A stretch of 64,000 nt of DNA, taken from NCBI GenBank assembly GCA_944350265.1, contig CALVOG010000003.1:25341-89340 (forward strand). The letters run 5' to 3'. The notes beneath the pieces are model-generated. The model saw only the letters and a list, made by a program, of their open reading frames with translations. It was not told where the DNA came from and did no database searches. Shown in pieces: positions 41,777 to 51,764 of the stretch; positions within the stretch are counted from its first letter, which is position 1, and every line of letters starts with the position of its first letter. This DNA is from an uncultured Clostridia bacterium (GTDB lineage: Bacteria; Bacillota; Clostridia; Christensenellales; UBA1242). The position numbers and the translations under genes were made by a program.

Positions 41777-41861
41777 AAAAACTCCAAATATTCAATTTAA
41801 TTTCTTAACTAAAAAAGAAATTTTGTTTCATTTAATTATTTTAACACATTTAACAAAAAAA

Positions 41862-42695
41862 TCAAAATTTTTTCGCATTTTTTAGGTTAGCAAGAATGAT
41901 TTTATAGTTTTCATAGCGCATTATGTTTATTTTGCCTTCCTCCACCGCCCTTAAAACTCCGCAATCGCCACCCGTGTGCCGACAACTCTTATATCGGCAC
42001 TTTTCAGCGTATTTCAAAAAGTCGGGGTAGTAACTTTTAAGTTCGCCTTCGTCAATCTCTAAATACTCCTCGCTTAATTTTGAAAAGCCCGCAGTGTCAG
42101 CAAGAAATCTCCCCTTTTCAATCTCATATAGTTCCACAATTCGAGTGGTTTGTTTGCCTCGCTCCACCTTCTTACTGAACTCGCCAACAACGGCAACATT
42201 TTTCTTTAAAAGCGCGTTTATGATTGAAGATTTGCCCACCGCACTTTGCCCAGCAAGCGCTGTTATGCCTTTTATGTGTTTTTTGATTTTCATAACGCTT
42301 TCATCTAAACTCGACACGCCTTCAACCTGCACAACGCCCTTATAAATTCTTTTAACCTCTTTTAAAAACATACCGTCAAGGTCGGTTTTGTTGACGCAAA
42401 GCACTGGTTTTATCCCCTTCACCACCGAAAAGATGATGAGTTTGTCAACGAGCAGAAAATCAGGTTTTGGCACGGGCGCAACCACAATAATAAGCGTGTC
42501 AACATTCGCAAGTGGTGGACGAATGAGAAGGTTTTTACGCTCTAAGACCTTTGAGATGACCTCATTTTCAACTTCCACCTTATCGCCAACAAAAATTCCT
42601 TCTTTTTTGAGGTTTCTTGCGCCGATAAAGCGGATGTCGCCGTTCACACCCACCTTGAACTTATCCGCGTTTTTTTGAAGCACAACACCCTTCAT
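41862..42695 (-). CDS. rsgA: Ribosome small subunit-dependent GTPase A
   Basis: RPPLANVD, NKTD, GQSAVGKSS, DTAGF and C..Y..C.H...C motifs; ATGA overlap with rlmN. Confidence 0.95.
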   Translation of the reverse strand: MKGVVLQKNADKFKVGVNGDIRFIGARNLKKEGIFVGDKVEVENEVISKVLERKNLLIRPPLANVDTLIIVVAPVPKPDFLLVDKLIIFSVVKGIKPVLCVNKTDLDGMFLKEVKRIYKGVVQVEGVSSLDESVMKIKKHIKGITALAGQSAVGKSSIINALLKKNVAVVGEFSKKVERGKQTTRIVELYEIEKGRFLADTAGFSKLSEEYLEIDEGELKSYYPDFLKYAEKCRYKSCRHTGGDCGVLRAVEEGKINIMRYENYKIILANLKNAKKF

Positions 42696-43717
42696 TTTCC
42701 GCCTCCAAGTTTGTTTCGAAGTTGCCCGCAAGCCCCCTCAATATCCTCGCCCATCGTTCGGCGCACGGTGGCACTTATCCCCTTCTCGTTTAAATACGTC
42801 ATAAGCCTATACGCCTCTTTACGCGTCACCCCAACAAGCGCCTGTTCTTTCACAGAATTAAGTGGAATCAAATTGACGTGGCAACTTCTTCCGCGCAAAA
42901 TATGCGAAAGTTCCTCCATATTTTCCAGCGACGAATTGACGTTTTTAATGAGCGCATACTCAAAAACCACACGCCTGCCCGTTTTTTCGAAATAGTAGTC
43001 GCACGCCGAAAGAATTTCGCTTATCTTATACGCATTTGCAATCGGCATAATCTTCTTTCGAATTTCATCATTTGGCGCGTGAAGAGAGATTGTGAGTGTC
43101 ACCGAAAAGTGGTCGTCTGCAAGTTTCTTAATCTTGTCCACAAGCCCGCAAGTGGAAAGCGAAATGTTGCGCTGGCTGATGTTTATTCCCTCGTTTGCCG
43201 AAATTAGGCGCAAAAATTTTGCCACATTTTCATAGTTATCAAGCGGTTCTCCACATCCCATTAAAACCACATTTGTAACGGCGCGTTTTTTCAGCGTTCC
43301 GCCCAGCATTTTGTTAAATAAAAGCACTTGTAAAAGAATTTCGCCCGCGCTTAAATTGCGCTTTAACCCGCCCAAAGTTGAGGCGCAAAACTTACATCCC
43401 ATTCGGCACCCAACTTGCGTTGAAACGCACACGGTGTGCCCGTATTTATACTTCAAAAGCACGCTCTCAACAATGCTTCCGTCGCTAAGGGCAAGCGCCA
43501 TTTTCTTTGTGCCGTCAGCGCTTTCTAAAAGTTTAACAATTTCAAATTTTGGATAATCTTTTTCAATTTTTGCCTTAATTTCTTTTGATAGGTTGGTGAT
43601 TTCGTCAATGCTTTTTCCACCGTAAAGCGCGTCAAAAATCTGCTCGGCGCGAAAACTCGGCAAGTTTAGACTTTTAACATATTCTTTAATCTCATTAAGT
43701 GAATAATCTAATAACAC
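42692..43717 (-). CDS. rlmN: 23S rRNA/tRNA m2A methyltransferase RlmN
   Basis: CVSTQVGCRMGCKFCAS, MGCGEP, SLHAP and ACGQL motifs. Confidence 0.97.
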   Translation of the reverse strand: MLLDYSLNEIKEYVKSLNLPSFRAEQIFDALYGGKSIDEITNLSKEIKAKIEKDYPKFEIVKLLESADGTKKMALALSDGSIVESVLLKYKYGHTVCVSTQVGCRMGCKFCASTLGGLKRNLSAGEILLQVLLFNKMLGGTLKKRAVTNVVLMGCGEPLDNYENVAKFLRLISANEGINISQRNISLSTCGLVDKIKKLADDHFSVTLTISLHAPNDEIRKKIMPIANAYKISEILSACDYYFEKTGRRVVFEYALIKNVNSSLENMEELSHILRGRSCHVNLIPLNSVKEQALVGVTRKEAYRLMTYLNEKGISATVRRTMGEDIEGACGQLRNKLGGGK

Positions 43718-43725
43718 ACTCTCTC

Positions 43726-44622
43726 CTAAAACCTATATCCATTCAAAAAATCAGTAACATCCAAAACCTTTCCACCTGGCGCTTGGCATCTTAAAATAGA
43801 AAAGGTATCTTTCCCCGTTTTTATCAAAAACATCCTCTTGTTCACGGTCACAACATCGCCAATATTCACATTTGGAATATCTTCTTTCTCTACCTTAGCC
43901 TTATACACCTTAATTCTATCTTCGCCAAGGAAAAAATAGGCGGTTGGGTTTTCCACATACGCCCTCACTTTGTTGACAAGCACATCCGCGCTCTCGTTGA
44001 AATCTAAAAGCGCGTCCTCTTTTTTAATGAGTTTTGTGAAGGTCGCCTCATCGTCATTTTGCTTAATAAATTTTGCCGTTTTATTCTCAATTTTTGAAAG
44101 CGCTTCTAAAAGTAAATCACCGCCAATTTCGGCAAGTTTTGGCATAAGAGAGAGGTAGTCGTCCTCCTTTGAAATCTCCACTTCTCGTTGCTCAATTATG
44201 TCGCCGTCATCCATTCCAACATCGGTTTTCATAATGGTGACGCCAGTTAAACTGTCGCCATTAAGTAGCGCCGTTTGAATCGGCGTTGCGCCTCGATATT
44301 TTGGAAGCATTGACGGATGCACATTTATGCACATTTTTAAGTCCAAAACCTCTTTTGGCAGAATTTTTCCATAGGACGCGGTGACGAAAATGTCACAATC
44401 AACGCTTTTTATTTCCTGCAAATTGTCTAAAAGCCTTTCAAACTGAAAAACCTTAATACCCAAACTTTCCGCAAGCGTTTTAATGTTTGGCGAAACCATT
44501 TTTTTTCCGCGGTTTGCCGGCTTATCGTTTTGACAAACAACTCCAACCACCGTGTGCTTTTTTATAAGTTTTTTAAGCACAACTTCGGCGAAATATGGCG
44601 TGCCAAAGAACAAAATTCTCAT
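43726..44622 (-). CDS. fmt: Methionyl-tRNA formyltransferase
   Basis: FFGTPYFA, NVHPSMLPKYRGATPI and GMDDGD motifs. Confidence 0.97.
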   Translation of the reverse strand: MRILFFGTPYFAEVVLKKLIKKHTVVGVVCQNDKPANRGKKMVSPNIKTLAESLGIKVFQFERLLDNLQEIKSVDCDIFVTASYGKILPKEVLDLKMCINVHPSMLPKYRGATPIQTALLNGDSLTGVTIMKTDVGMDDGDIIEQREVEISKEDDYLSLMPKLAEIGGDLLLEALSKIENKTAKFIKQNDDEATFTKLIKKEDALLDFNESADVLVNKVRAYVENPTAYFFLGEDRIKVYKAKVEKEDIPNVNIGDVVTVNKRMFLIKTGKDTFSILRCQAPGGKVLDVTDFLNGYRF

Positions 44623-45098
44623 ACGTCCACCTCGAACTTACTTCGATATTTTTTCCCCTCGTCGGTGTAGTCCACAAACAGCACGCCGTTAAGATGGTCA
44701 ATCTCGTGGCACACACAGCGCGCAAGGTAATCTTTTGCCTCAAAGGTGAACGCGTTGCCTTTTCGGTCGAACGCTTTAACGGAAACATATTTTGGTCTTT
44801 TCACGTCGCAGTAAAAATCTGGGACGGACAAACATCCCTCCGTATCCTTCACCACGCCTTTGGTTTTAATAATTTCTGGGTTGACAAGTTCAAGGTATTC
44901 TCCCTCCTCCACTTCCACCACAATAACCCGCCTTAAAACGCCCACCTGCACGCCCGCAATGCCAACGCCTCCTTTTTCGACCATAGTTTTTCTCATATCG
45001 TCAAGTAGCGCGCCCAAATCTTCGTCAAAATTAACAACTGGCTTTGACTTTTTTCGTAGTGTTGCATTTCCAATTTGAATAATATTTCTAACTGACAT
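44619..45098 (-). CDS. def: Peptide deformylase
   Basis: GVGIAG.QVG, EGCLS and HEIDHLNG motifs. Confidence 0.97.
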   Translation of the reverse strand: MSVRNIIQIGNATLRKKSKPVVNFDEDLGALLDDMRKTMVEKGGVGIAGVQVGVLRRVIVVEVEEGEYLELVNPEIIKTKGVVKDTEGCLSVPDFYCDVKRPKYVSVKAFDRKGNAFTFEAKDYLARCVCHEIDHLNGVLFVDYTDEGKKYRSKFEVDV

Positions 45099-45242
45099 AT
45101 TTTTCTCCTTAATCTATCGTAAATCTTCTTATCTCCGCGTTACCGTATTTGCCTTCATGAATTTCATAATAATTTAAAACATCTTTTTCGTCTTTTAATA
45201 AAACTTTCTCTGTCGCATGATGTAAATAATCACTTTTCCTCT

Positions 45243-45551
45243 TTAAATTGTGCTATCTTTTATCCACCTAAAAAACTCTTTCGCCCCGTTTTTTATCGGT
45301 AAGGAAATAATTTCTGCCACTTCATAGGAATGATTTTCTTTTATCACTTTCTCCACCATTTTAAACAACTTTCGTTTAGTTTTCATCGTGACCATATATT
45401 CGTCTGTTTTACACCTTTCATTATTCCACACGTAATGACTTTCGATAGCAAAAATTTGAGCGCACGCCACAAGTTTTTTGTCCAAAAGAATATTACCTAT
45501 CTTTCTTGCTTCTTCAAGGCTGTCAGTAGCAAACTTAATTTCAACAAACAT
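45243..45551 (-). CDS. cutA: Divalent-cation tolerance protein CutA
   Basis: LVACAQI, SHYVW and HSYEVAEII motifs. Confidence 0.92.
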   Translation of the reverse strand: MFVEIKFATDSLEEARKIGNILLDKKLVACAQIFAIESHYVWNNERCKTDEYMVTMKTKRKLFKMVEKVIKENHSYEVAEIISLPIKNGAKEFFRWIKDSTI

Positions 45552-45560
45552 ACTTCCTCC

Positions 45561-47735
45561 CTAACTTAAATTATTTGGATTAACTTCAAAGAAAACCGAG
45601 GATTTCGCCTTTTCGTCGACGCACTTAAATATCTCATTTTCAATCTCTTTCGCCTTATTAAGCTTAAAGCGCATAAGAATTTGGTAGCGATATTTGGTTT
45701 TTATGCGGTTGAGTGGCGATTTCATAACATCCAAATAGACAAATTCATCCTTAAACCGTTCTTTGACCTCTTGCACCTTATTATAGCACACTTTAATCTC
45801 TTTTGCCACAATATTTTCGTCCTCGTGCGAAAATAAAATTCTAAGCACCTTGGTATACGGCGGAAAATTGGTGACTTTTCTTAAGTTTGCCTCCTTTTTG
45901 AAGAAACCTTTGAAGTCGTAGTTTTGCGCGTAGCGATAAACATAGTGGCGCGGAGAATAGGTTTGAAGAATCACCTTGCCTTGTTGTTTGCTTCGCCCCG
46001 CACGCCCAGAAACTTGCGTGATTAATTGAAAGGTCTTTTCAATGGAACGATAGTCGGCTTGATATAAACTTTGGTCGGCGTCGACAATTCCAACTAAAAT
46101 AACATCCTCAAAATCGTGTCCCTTTGCAATCATTTGCGTGCCAACAAGAATGCCCGGCTTTGCCTCGCGAAATTGGTTCAAAATGCTTCTATGCGCGCCT
46201 TTTTGCGAAGTTGTGTCGTTATCCATACGAAAAATTGGAACGTTAGGGAAGTATTTTTTAAGTTCTTCCACCACCCTCTCCGTGCCGATTGCACCCTGCT
46301 TTATGTTGTGACTTCCGCAACTTGGGCAAATATCCAGCGCGCGATAACGCTTCCCGCAGTAGTGACATTTCAGTTTGTTTTCGTAGTGGTGATAAACAAG
46401 CGAAACGTCGCAGTCCTTGCACTTTGCCACATATCCACATTCACGGCACCGCTGAAAGGAAGAAAATCCGCGTCTATTTATGAAAATCATCGCCTGCTTC
46501 TTCTCTTCCACCACATTTGATAGTTCGGCGATGAGCGGTATGGAGAAAATCTCGCTGTTGCCGTGGCGGAGTTCGTCAAGCATATCAACAATAAGAATTT
46601 TCGGCATCTCCATACCATTCACGCGCACGGGCATCTCCACAAGTTCGTATTCGCCGTCAAGCGCCTTCGAATAACTTTCAATGCTCGGCGTTGCCGAACC
46701 TAAAACCAAAATTGAGTCGTTGTATTTCCGCCTAAATTCGGCTATCTCGTGCGTGTCATAACGCGGGTTGCTTTCGGAGATGTAACTTTGTTCGTGCTCT
46801 TCGTCAATTATGATTATCCCAAGGTTTTCAATCGGTGAAAATATAGCCGAGCGCGCGCCAACCACCACTTTCGCCTCGCCAAAGAAGATTCTTCGCCACT
46901 CGTCAAAGCGCTCGCCTGCTGAAAGACCACTGTGAATAAGCGCCACATTCTCGCCAAAACGGGCTTTGAAATTCGCCAAAACTTGCGGAGTTAGCGAAAT
47001 CTCTGGCACAAGCATAAGGGCGGTTTTCCCCTTTTCAAGCACCCGCTCAATGAGGTTCATATAAACCTCCGTTTTCCCGCTTCCCGTCACGCCGTGAAGA
47101 AGATAGGTTTTGTTTTGCCTGATGGTGCCAAGAGCGCGCTGTTGTAAGGGCGTTAACGGGCGTTTTTGAAGGGAGATTTTGTCGTAGGCAACCGCCCGCT
47201 TTTGCTCCTCGAAAAACACCTCAACTTCGCCTTTTTTCACAAGTGCAGAAAGTGGAGCATAGCCAAATTCGGCTGAAATATCGCTAAATTTTGCCACCTT
47301 TTTCTCTTTTAAGAACTCTAAAATTATCGCCTGCTTTTTGGCGTTTTTGGGCAAAATAACATCCTCATTTCTAAGTCGCACATAGCGCACCAAAAGTTCT
47401 TTAACCTTGCCCGTTCGCATCTCGCTTGGAAGAAAAAGACGGAGAATGCTGGCAAGTTTGAGGTGGAGATTTTCCTTCATATAGTGCATAAGCGCCAGCA
47501 TTTCGCTTTTTATAACAGGAAAGCCGTCAACTGGGCGAATCACCTCTTTGATTTTTGTTTCGTCAAAGGTGGTTTCGTTCAAAATTTCCACCACAAATCC
47601 CTCTAAAACACGCGCGCCAAAAGGCACCAAAACCCTTTCCCCAAGCTTCACCGAGAGGTGGTCAGGGATGGCATAAACAAACTCTCTGTCAAGCGCCTTT
47701 GCGTCTTGGTCGATAATCACATTTGCAAACTTCAT
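45561..47735 (-). CDS. priA: Primosomal protein N' (PriA helicase)
   Basis: GVTGSGKTEVY, DEEHE, SATPS, a Cys-rich region and QVSGRAGR. Confidence 0.98.
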   Translation of the reverse strand: MKFANVIIDQDAKALDREFVYAIPDHLSVKLGERVLVPFGARVLEGFVVEILNETTFDETKIKEVIRPVDGFPVIKSEMLALMHYMKENLHLKLASILRLFLPSEMRTGKVKELLVRYVRLRNEDVILPKNAKKQAIILEFLKEKKVAKFSDISAEFGYAPLSALVKKGEVEVFFEEQKRAVAYDKISLQKRPLTPLQQRALGTIRQNKTYLLHGVTGSGKTEVYMNLIERVLEKGKTALMLVPEISLTPQVLANFKARFGENVALIHSGLSAGERFDEWRRIFFGEAKVVVGARSAIFSPIENLGIIIIDEEHEQSYISESNPRYDTHEIAEFRRKYNDSILVLGSATPSIESYSKALDGEYELVEMPVRVNGMEMPKILIVDMLDELRHGNSEIFSIPLIAELSNVVEEKKQAMIFINRRGFSSFQRCRECGYVAKCKDCDVSLVYHHYENKLKCHYCGKRYRALDICPSCGSHNIKQGAIGTERVVEELKKYFPNVPIFRMDNDTTSQKGAHRSILNQFREAKPGILVGTQMIAKGHDFEDVILVGIVDADQSLYQADYRSIEKTFQLITQVSGRAGRSKQQGKVILQTYSPRHYVYRYAQNYDFKGFFKKEANLRKVTNFPPYTKVLRILFSHEDENIVAKEIKVCYNKVQEVKERFKDEFVYLDVMKSPLNRIKTKYRYQILMRFKLNKAKEIENEIFKCVDEKAKSSVFFEVNPNNLS

Positions 47736-48125
47736 TCTCCGCCCTTTTAAAATTCAACTAAAAACAATTTGAATACCGCATATTTTTTTCTTCATTTTTC
47801 CACATTATACTTTATTTTTCTTCATTTTCCACTTCATTTTTCTTTACTTTCTTCATTTTATAGTTTATTTTTCAATTTCCTTTTCAACTTTGTTTCCTAA
47901 ATTTTTTGCTTACCTATGTCACATTAAAATTGAAGAAAAAAGCGTTTCTACGATTAAAAAATCACCTTCGTTTTTTTATTTTACCTTTAAACTTTACTTT
48001 TCCCCATATTTTCGCTTAACCATAAACACCTCAAAATTAAAGAAAAAACAAGCGTTCTTATGATTAAAAAATCACCATCCCAAATAGGATAGTGAAATTA
48101 TAGCACAAAACCGAAAAATTACCAA

Positions 48126-48326
48126 CTATTCTGCCGTTCCTTTGAAAGAAATTTCGCCGTTATAAATTTCATCAAGCGCAATGGAAATTGCCTTTCTGTC
48201 AGCGCTTGCAAGTTCTTCGCGCCTTGTTGCTTCAATCTCTTTTGCGCGCTTTGCGGCGAGAATGGAAAGCACGTATTTATTCCCCGTTTTTTTCACAAGT
48301 TCGTCGATTGGTGGTTTGTTCATCAT
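48126..48326 (-). CDS. rpoZ: RNA polymerase omega subunit
   Basis: PPIDELV...NKYVL...AAKRA...KAISIALDEI. Confidence 0.95.
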   Translation of the reverse strand: MMNKPPIDELVKKTGNKYVLSILAAKRAKEIEATRREELASADRKAISIALDEIYNGEISFKGTAE

Positions 48327-48439
48327 AATCTTCTTCTCCTATTTCACGCCCATTATACCACACCAAAAGGAATTTGTAAAGAAAAATTTTAAAAATTCCT
48401 CTTTCTTACTTAAAAATTCCACATATTAATCACCCGTTA

Positions 48440-48782
48440 CTGCCCGCGAACGTCTAATCTTTCCTATTAAAAAACGCTTGACACGCTGTCTCTCCTCTAC
48501 CGCCAGGACTGTCACCCTATTTGTCATTCTGAGGCAACGCCGAAGAATCTCGTCGTAGCGCCCGCCCGCGAACGTCAAACCTTTCCTCTTTTTGCCAGAA
48601 AAACACGGCTAAACTCAAAACACCTCAACAATTCAAGCGCGCTTGGTCATTCTGAGCGGAGCGAAGAACCTCGTCGTAGGTGGCAATGCCACTTTTTGAT
48701 GTGGCGCTTGTTGAACTGTATTATTTACAAAAAAGATTAGTCACACACCACTGCCCGCGTATGTCTAAAATACCTCTTAAAA
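48440..48782 (+). repeat. Modular REP-like repeat cluster 5
   Basis: Cores at 48523-48558 and 48646-48679, plus three CCCGCG(A/T)AYGTC(T/A)AA modules and TACCGCCAGGACTGT. Confidence 0.88.
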
Positions 48783-48789
48783 GGGCGCT

Positions 48790-49143
48790 TTAATTCACAA
48801 AGCCAAGCGAGATAAGTATTGCGCGGTCAACCTCTTTCATCTTATAACCATCAATGTTAGCGATTTTCTCTTTAAGTCGTCGCTTATCAAGCGTTCGAAT
48901 TTGCTCCAAAAGCACCACGCTATCCTTTGGAAGATGATATTTTTGCGAAGAAAGTTCGATATGCGTTGGCAATTTCGCCTTGGAAAGTTTGCTTGTTATC
49001 GCGGAAACGATGACGGTTGGCGAATACTTGTTCCCAACATCGTTTTGTATGATAAGAACAGGGCGAACGCCACCTTGCTCGCTCCCAACAACGGGACTGA
49101 GGTCAGCAAAGTATATCTCTCCTCGCTTATAATTTTCCATCAT
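48790..49143 (-). CDS. mazF: MazF/PemK-family endoribonuclease (EndoA)
   Basis: [32 protein letters not shown]...[13 protein letters not shown]. Confidence 0.97.
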   Translation of the reverse strand: MMENYKRGEIYFADLSPVVGSEQGGVRPVLIIQNDVGNKYSPTVIVSAITSKLSKAKLPTHIELSSQKYHLPKDSVVLLEQIRTLDKRRLKEKIANIDGYKMKEVDRAILISLGFVN

Positions 49144-49366
49144 ACCTACCCATTAAATTTTGATAATCGTAGAGGTCGGCAACTTCAAGCGGTCGCACAT
49201 CCTCATAAACATCACGCATATCCTGCGCGAGATAGTCCTGTTCATTATTCATCTTATGCTTCACATCACCACAAGTTGACTTAACAACAAAATCTTTAAG
49301 ACTTTGTCCGTTTTTTTCGATATTTTTAATCTTTTTAAGCATTTGTTTGTATGGATTCGTTGCCAT
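49127..49366 (-). CDS. Small protein overlapping the mazF start; putative antitoxin
   Basis: AGGAG RBS and antitoxin position; acidic C-terminal helix, but no recognisable RHH or AbrB N-terminus. Confidence 0.6.
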   Translation of the reverse strand: MATNPYKQMLKKIKNIEKNGQSLKDFVVKSTCGDVKHKMNNEQDYLAQDMRDVYEDVRPLEVADLYDYQNLMGRYDGKL

Positions 49367-49425
49367 AATTCTCTCCTGTTTAGCAAAATTTAATACTTTT
49401 AGTGTGGAAAAATATTAAACTTTTA

Positions 49426-49625
49426 TTCTTTAATGCAAATCAAAATTTCCATTCTAATGTAGACTAAACCCCTCCGCTCTAATGTAAATCAAGATTTCTG
49501 CTCTAATGTAAAATAAACTTTTCTGCTCTTATGCAAACTAAACTCACTGCGCTATTGAAAACAAAATCTTCATCTTAATGTAAACTAAACCTTTCACGCT
49601 TTTGTAAACCAATCTTTTTGCAATT
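49426..49625. repeat. Degenerate 24-25-bp tandem array, about 8 copies
   Basis: Consensus approximately CTCTAATGTAAACTAAACYTTTCTG. Confidence 0.8.
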
Positions 49626-49707
49626 TAAGCCAATTTCCCCGCTCTTTTATAAGTTAGGGCGTAAAAAAAATTAATGATTCCATCATTTTCTTTAATAGGA
49701 TAGAGGA

Positions 49708-50046
49708 CTATCTTAAAATAGCCACCGCCCCCACGATATCTTTTGTGTGCGAAAGTGAAATTTCCACCTTTCTTCCGTTTGCAAGCGCCAGCGCGTTGCC
49801 GTGAAGAACAACATATGGCTTGCCGTTCTCTTCGTGCATAAGTTCAATGTCTTTAAACGCCACTTTTTCGCTTTTCACATTAAGGCACTTAAAAACCGCT
49901 TCTTTCACCACCCAAAGTGACGCCACTTTTTCCTTTTTGTTTTTAAAGCGCAAAACATACTCTTTTTCTCTTTCAGTTGCGATTTTTTCAAGCAAGCGAA
50001 CATCGTCTTTTACCTTTGAGATATGTTCAATATCAAAGCCAATCAT
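49708..50046 (-). CDS. acpS: Holo-ACP synthase
   Basis: IGFDIE, W..KEAVFK, GKP and ISLSH motifs. Confidence 0.92.
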   Translation of the reverse strand: MIGFDIEHISKVKDDVRLLEKIATEREKEYVLRFKNKKEKVASLWVVKEAVFKCLNVKSEKVAFKDIELMHEENGKPYVVLHGNALALANGRKVEISLSHTKDIVGAVAILR

Positions 50047-50657
50047 TCGTCGCCTCCGTTGTAAATTTTGCCTGCTATCCTTTGTGCCACATCATAACTA
50101 TAACCTTTATAAATTAAATGCGCAAGGCATTTTTGCTTGTTTTTTAAAGTTTTTTCGCGATTTTTGGCGAATTTAAGAGCAATTTCCGTCGCACGCGCTT
50201 CTTCGTCCTCGTCGTCGACGCTTGCTAGAAGCTCATCAATAATCTCCCTATTTATCCCTTTTTCTTTAAGTTTTTGGGCGATAACTCGCTTGCCCTTTGA
50301 CAAGGAGAGCGTCTCAAAATAATTTCTTGCAAAACGCTCGTCGTTTAAATACCCATATTCCTTCAATTTCAAAACCGCGCTTTCGACGCTATCTTTTTTA
50401 AAATTTTTGCGAAAAAGATAGTCTTTCAGCCCTTTTGTGGAAACGTTGTATTTTTCTAGGTATGTAACGGCGGTGAGAAAGCAAAGTTTTTCATCATTCT
50501 CTTTCTTCACCGCGTAAAAATTTTCGTCGACCTCGTCGCCCGTTTTGATGTTGTATTTTGCCAAAATCTCATCTAAAAAAACGCCAAAAAATTCACCGTC
50601 AACATAGAGGTGATATTTTAAACCTTGCTTAGATTTTTTGATTTCGGTTATACGCAC
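50043..50657 (-). CDS. recX: RecX regulatory protein
   Basis: LYVDGEF, GYLNDERFA, KLKEKGI and LIYKGY motifs. Confidence 0.9.
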   Translation of the reverse strand: MRITEIKKSKQGLKYHLYVDGEFFGVFLDEILAKYNIKTGDEVDENFYAVKKENDEKLCFLTAVTYLEKYNVSTKGLKDYLFRKNFKKDSVESAVLKLKEYGYLNDERFARNYFETLSLSKGKRVIAQKLKEKGINREIIDELLASVDDEDEEARATEIALKFAKNREKTLKNKQKCLAHLIYKGYSYDVAQRIAGKIYNGGDE

Positions 50658-50963
50658 TTAGTTATCCTCTCTATCCTCGTGGTAGTAAACTTCCTTTCCT
50701 TTTTTTATGGCGTAGTCGATTTCCTTCTGCGTGCTTTCGCTGATAAAGCCGTCAATGTTGACAACATAGATAAAGTCACATAGGTCAATCTTCTTATAGT
50801 GCGCGCGAATTATTTTATCCCTCTCCTTTTGCGTGTCATTTTTCCCAGCAAAATCATAAACGCATTGAAGAACGCAGTAACCAAACGTCACTTCCAAATT
50901 CCTCGCAATCTTAATCATCTCGTTTTGATAGCGCATACTTCCGCATAATGTAACAACAACCAT
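50658..50963 (-). CDS. Conserved hypothetical protein (nucleoside deoxyribosyltransferase-like fold)
   Basis: TLCGSMR...HYKKIDLCDFIYVVN.DG.I.EST..EI.YA pattern. Confidence 0.65.
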   Translation of the reverse strand: MVVVTLCGSMRYQNEMIKIARNLEVTFGYCVLQCVYDFAGKNDTQKERDKIIRAHYKKIDLCDFIYVVNIDGFISESTQKEIDYAIKKGKEVYYHEDREDN

Positions 50964-50971
50964 TTTTCACC

Positions 50972-51331
50972 TCACTTTAAAACTTCGCTTGCCACTTTTG
51001 TGTAAGCGCGAACAAGCCCGCCAGCGCCAAGTTTTATCCCGCCAAAATAGCGAACAACAAACACACAAACATTTGAAAGTTTTTTCTTTTGAATAACAGA
51101 AAGAATTGGTTTCCCAGCGGTCGAGGAAGGCTCGCCATCATCCACCGCCTTTTCTAAAAAAGGATTTTTTAAAGAATAGGCATAACAAATATGAGTGGCT
51201 TTCTTATGTTCTTGTTTAAGAAAATTTAATGCGCCATTAACCTCTTCCACACTTTGGCAAAAAAGTTTATAACCAATGAATCTTGACTTTTTCTCCAACA
51301 TTTCCACGCTGTTATCGAAAGAAATTTTCAT
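50972..51331 (-). CDS. YigZ/IMPACT family protein (N-terminal domain only)
   Basis: KKSRFIG, ATHICYAY, DDGEPS.TAG and VVRYFGGIKLGAGGLVRAY motifs. Confidence 0.92.
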   Translation of the reverse strand: MKISFDNSVEMLEKKSRFIGYKLFCQSVEEVNGALNFLKQEHKKATHICYAYSLKNPFLEKAVDDGEPSSTAGKPILSVIQKKKLSNVCVFVVRYFGGIKLGAGGLVRAYTKVASEVLK

Positions 51332-51516
51332 ATTTATATTCTAACAAAAATGAAAGCATAAATCAATTATTTTTATAAAAATTGCGAAAAATTGCTCTTT
51401 TTTAAGATTTTTTCGCAAAATTTATGCATTTATTTACATTTTTCATTACCTTTTTAGTTTTAGTATTCAAAATAAGAAAATAAAAAAGTGGCTAGATTGC
51501 CACCTCTTTATAGGAC

Positions 51517-51672
51517 TTAGTCCTCTTTTACATAATAACTTCCCTCGTGTTGTGTTGGAGGAAAAGATTCACCTTTTTCAAGGTATGTTTTTCCACCATT
51601 TTGACCGTCCCTGCTGTAAGCGGTATATTCGCCAGATTCAGGAACACTTTCACCAGGTCTATACTTTTCCAT
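51517..51672 (-). CDS. YjzC-like small protein (not in the ORF track)
   Basis: MEKYRPGESVPESGEYTAYSRDGQNGGKTYLEKGESFPPTQHEGSYYVKED; GGAGG RBS; PG..P.SG.Y...GE.FPPT pattern. Confidence 0.85.
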   Translation of the reverse strand: MEKYRPGESVPESGEYTAYSRDGQNGGKTYLEKGESFPPTQHEGSYYVKED

Positions 51673-51688
51673 ATTTACCTCCCACACA

Positions 51689-51717
51689 TAGAATGTGCAA
51701 AAGGTAGTGATTTATTC
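51689..51717 (-). promoter_or_regulatory. SigG-type promoter of the yjzC-like gene
   Basis: GAATA-17-CATTCTA matches the sigma-G consensus GHATR...CATNHTA. Confidence 0.65.
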
Positions 51718-51764
51718 AAAAAGTTTTGCTATTTTGTTTGTTAATTTAATTATTCTTTACAATA

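Noticed and set aside
49426-49625. Bona fide type III toxin-antitoxin RNA array
   Set aside because: Units are short and degenerate, lie upstream of the candidate promoter, and are separated from a canonical type II toxin by a protein gene. Kept only as a weak hypothesis.
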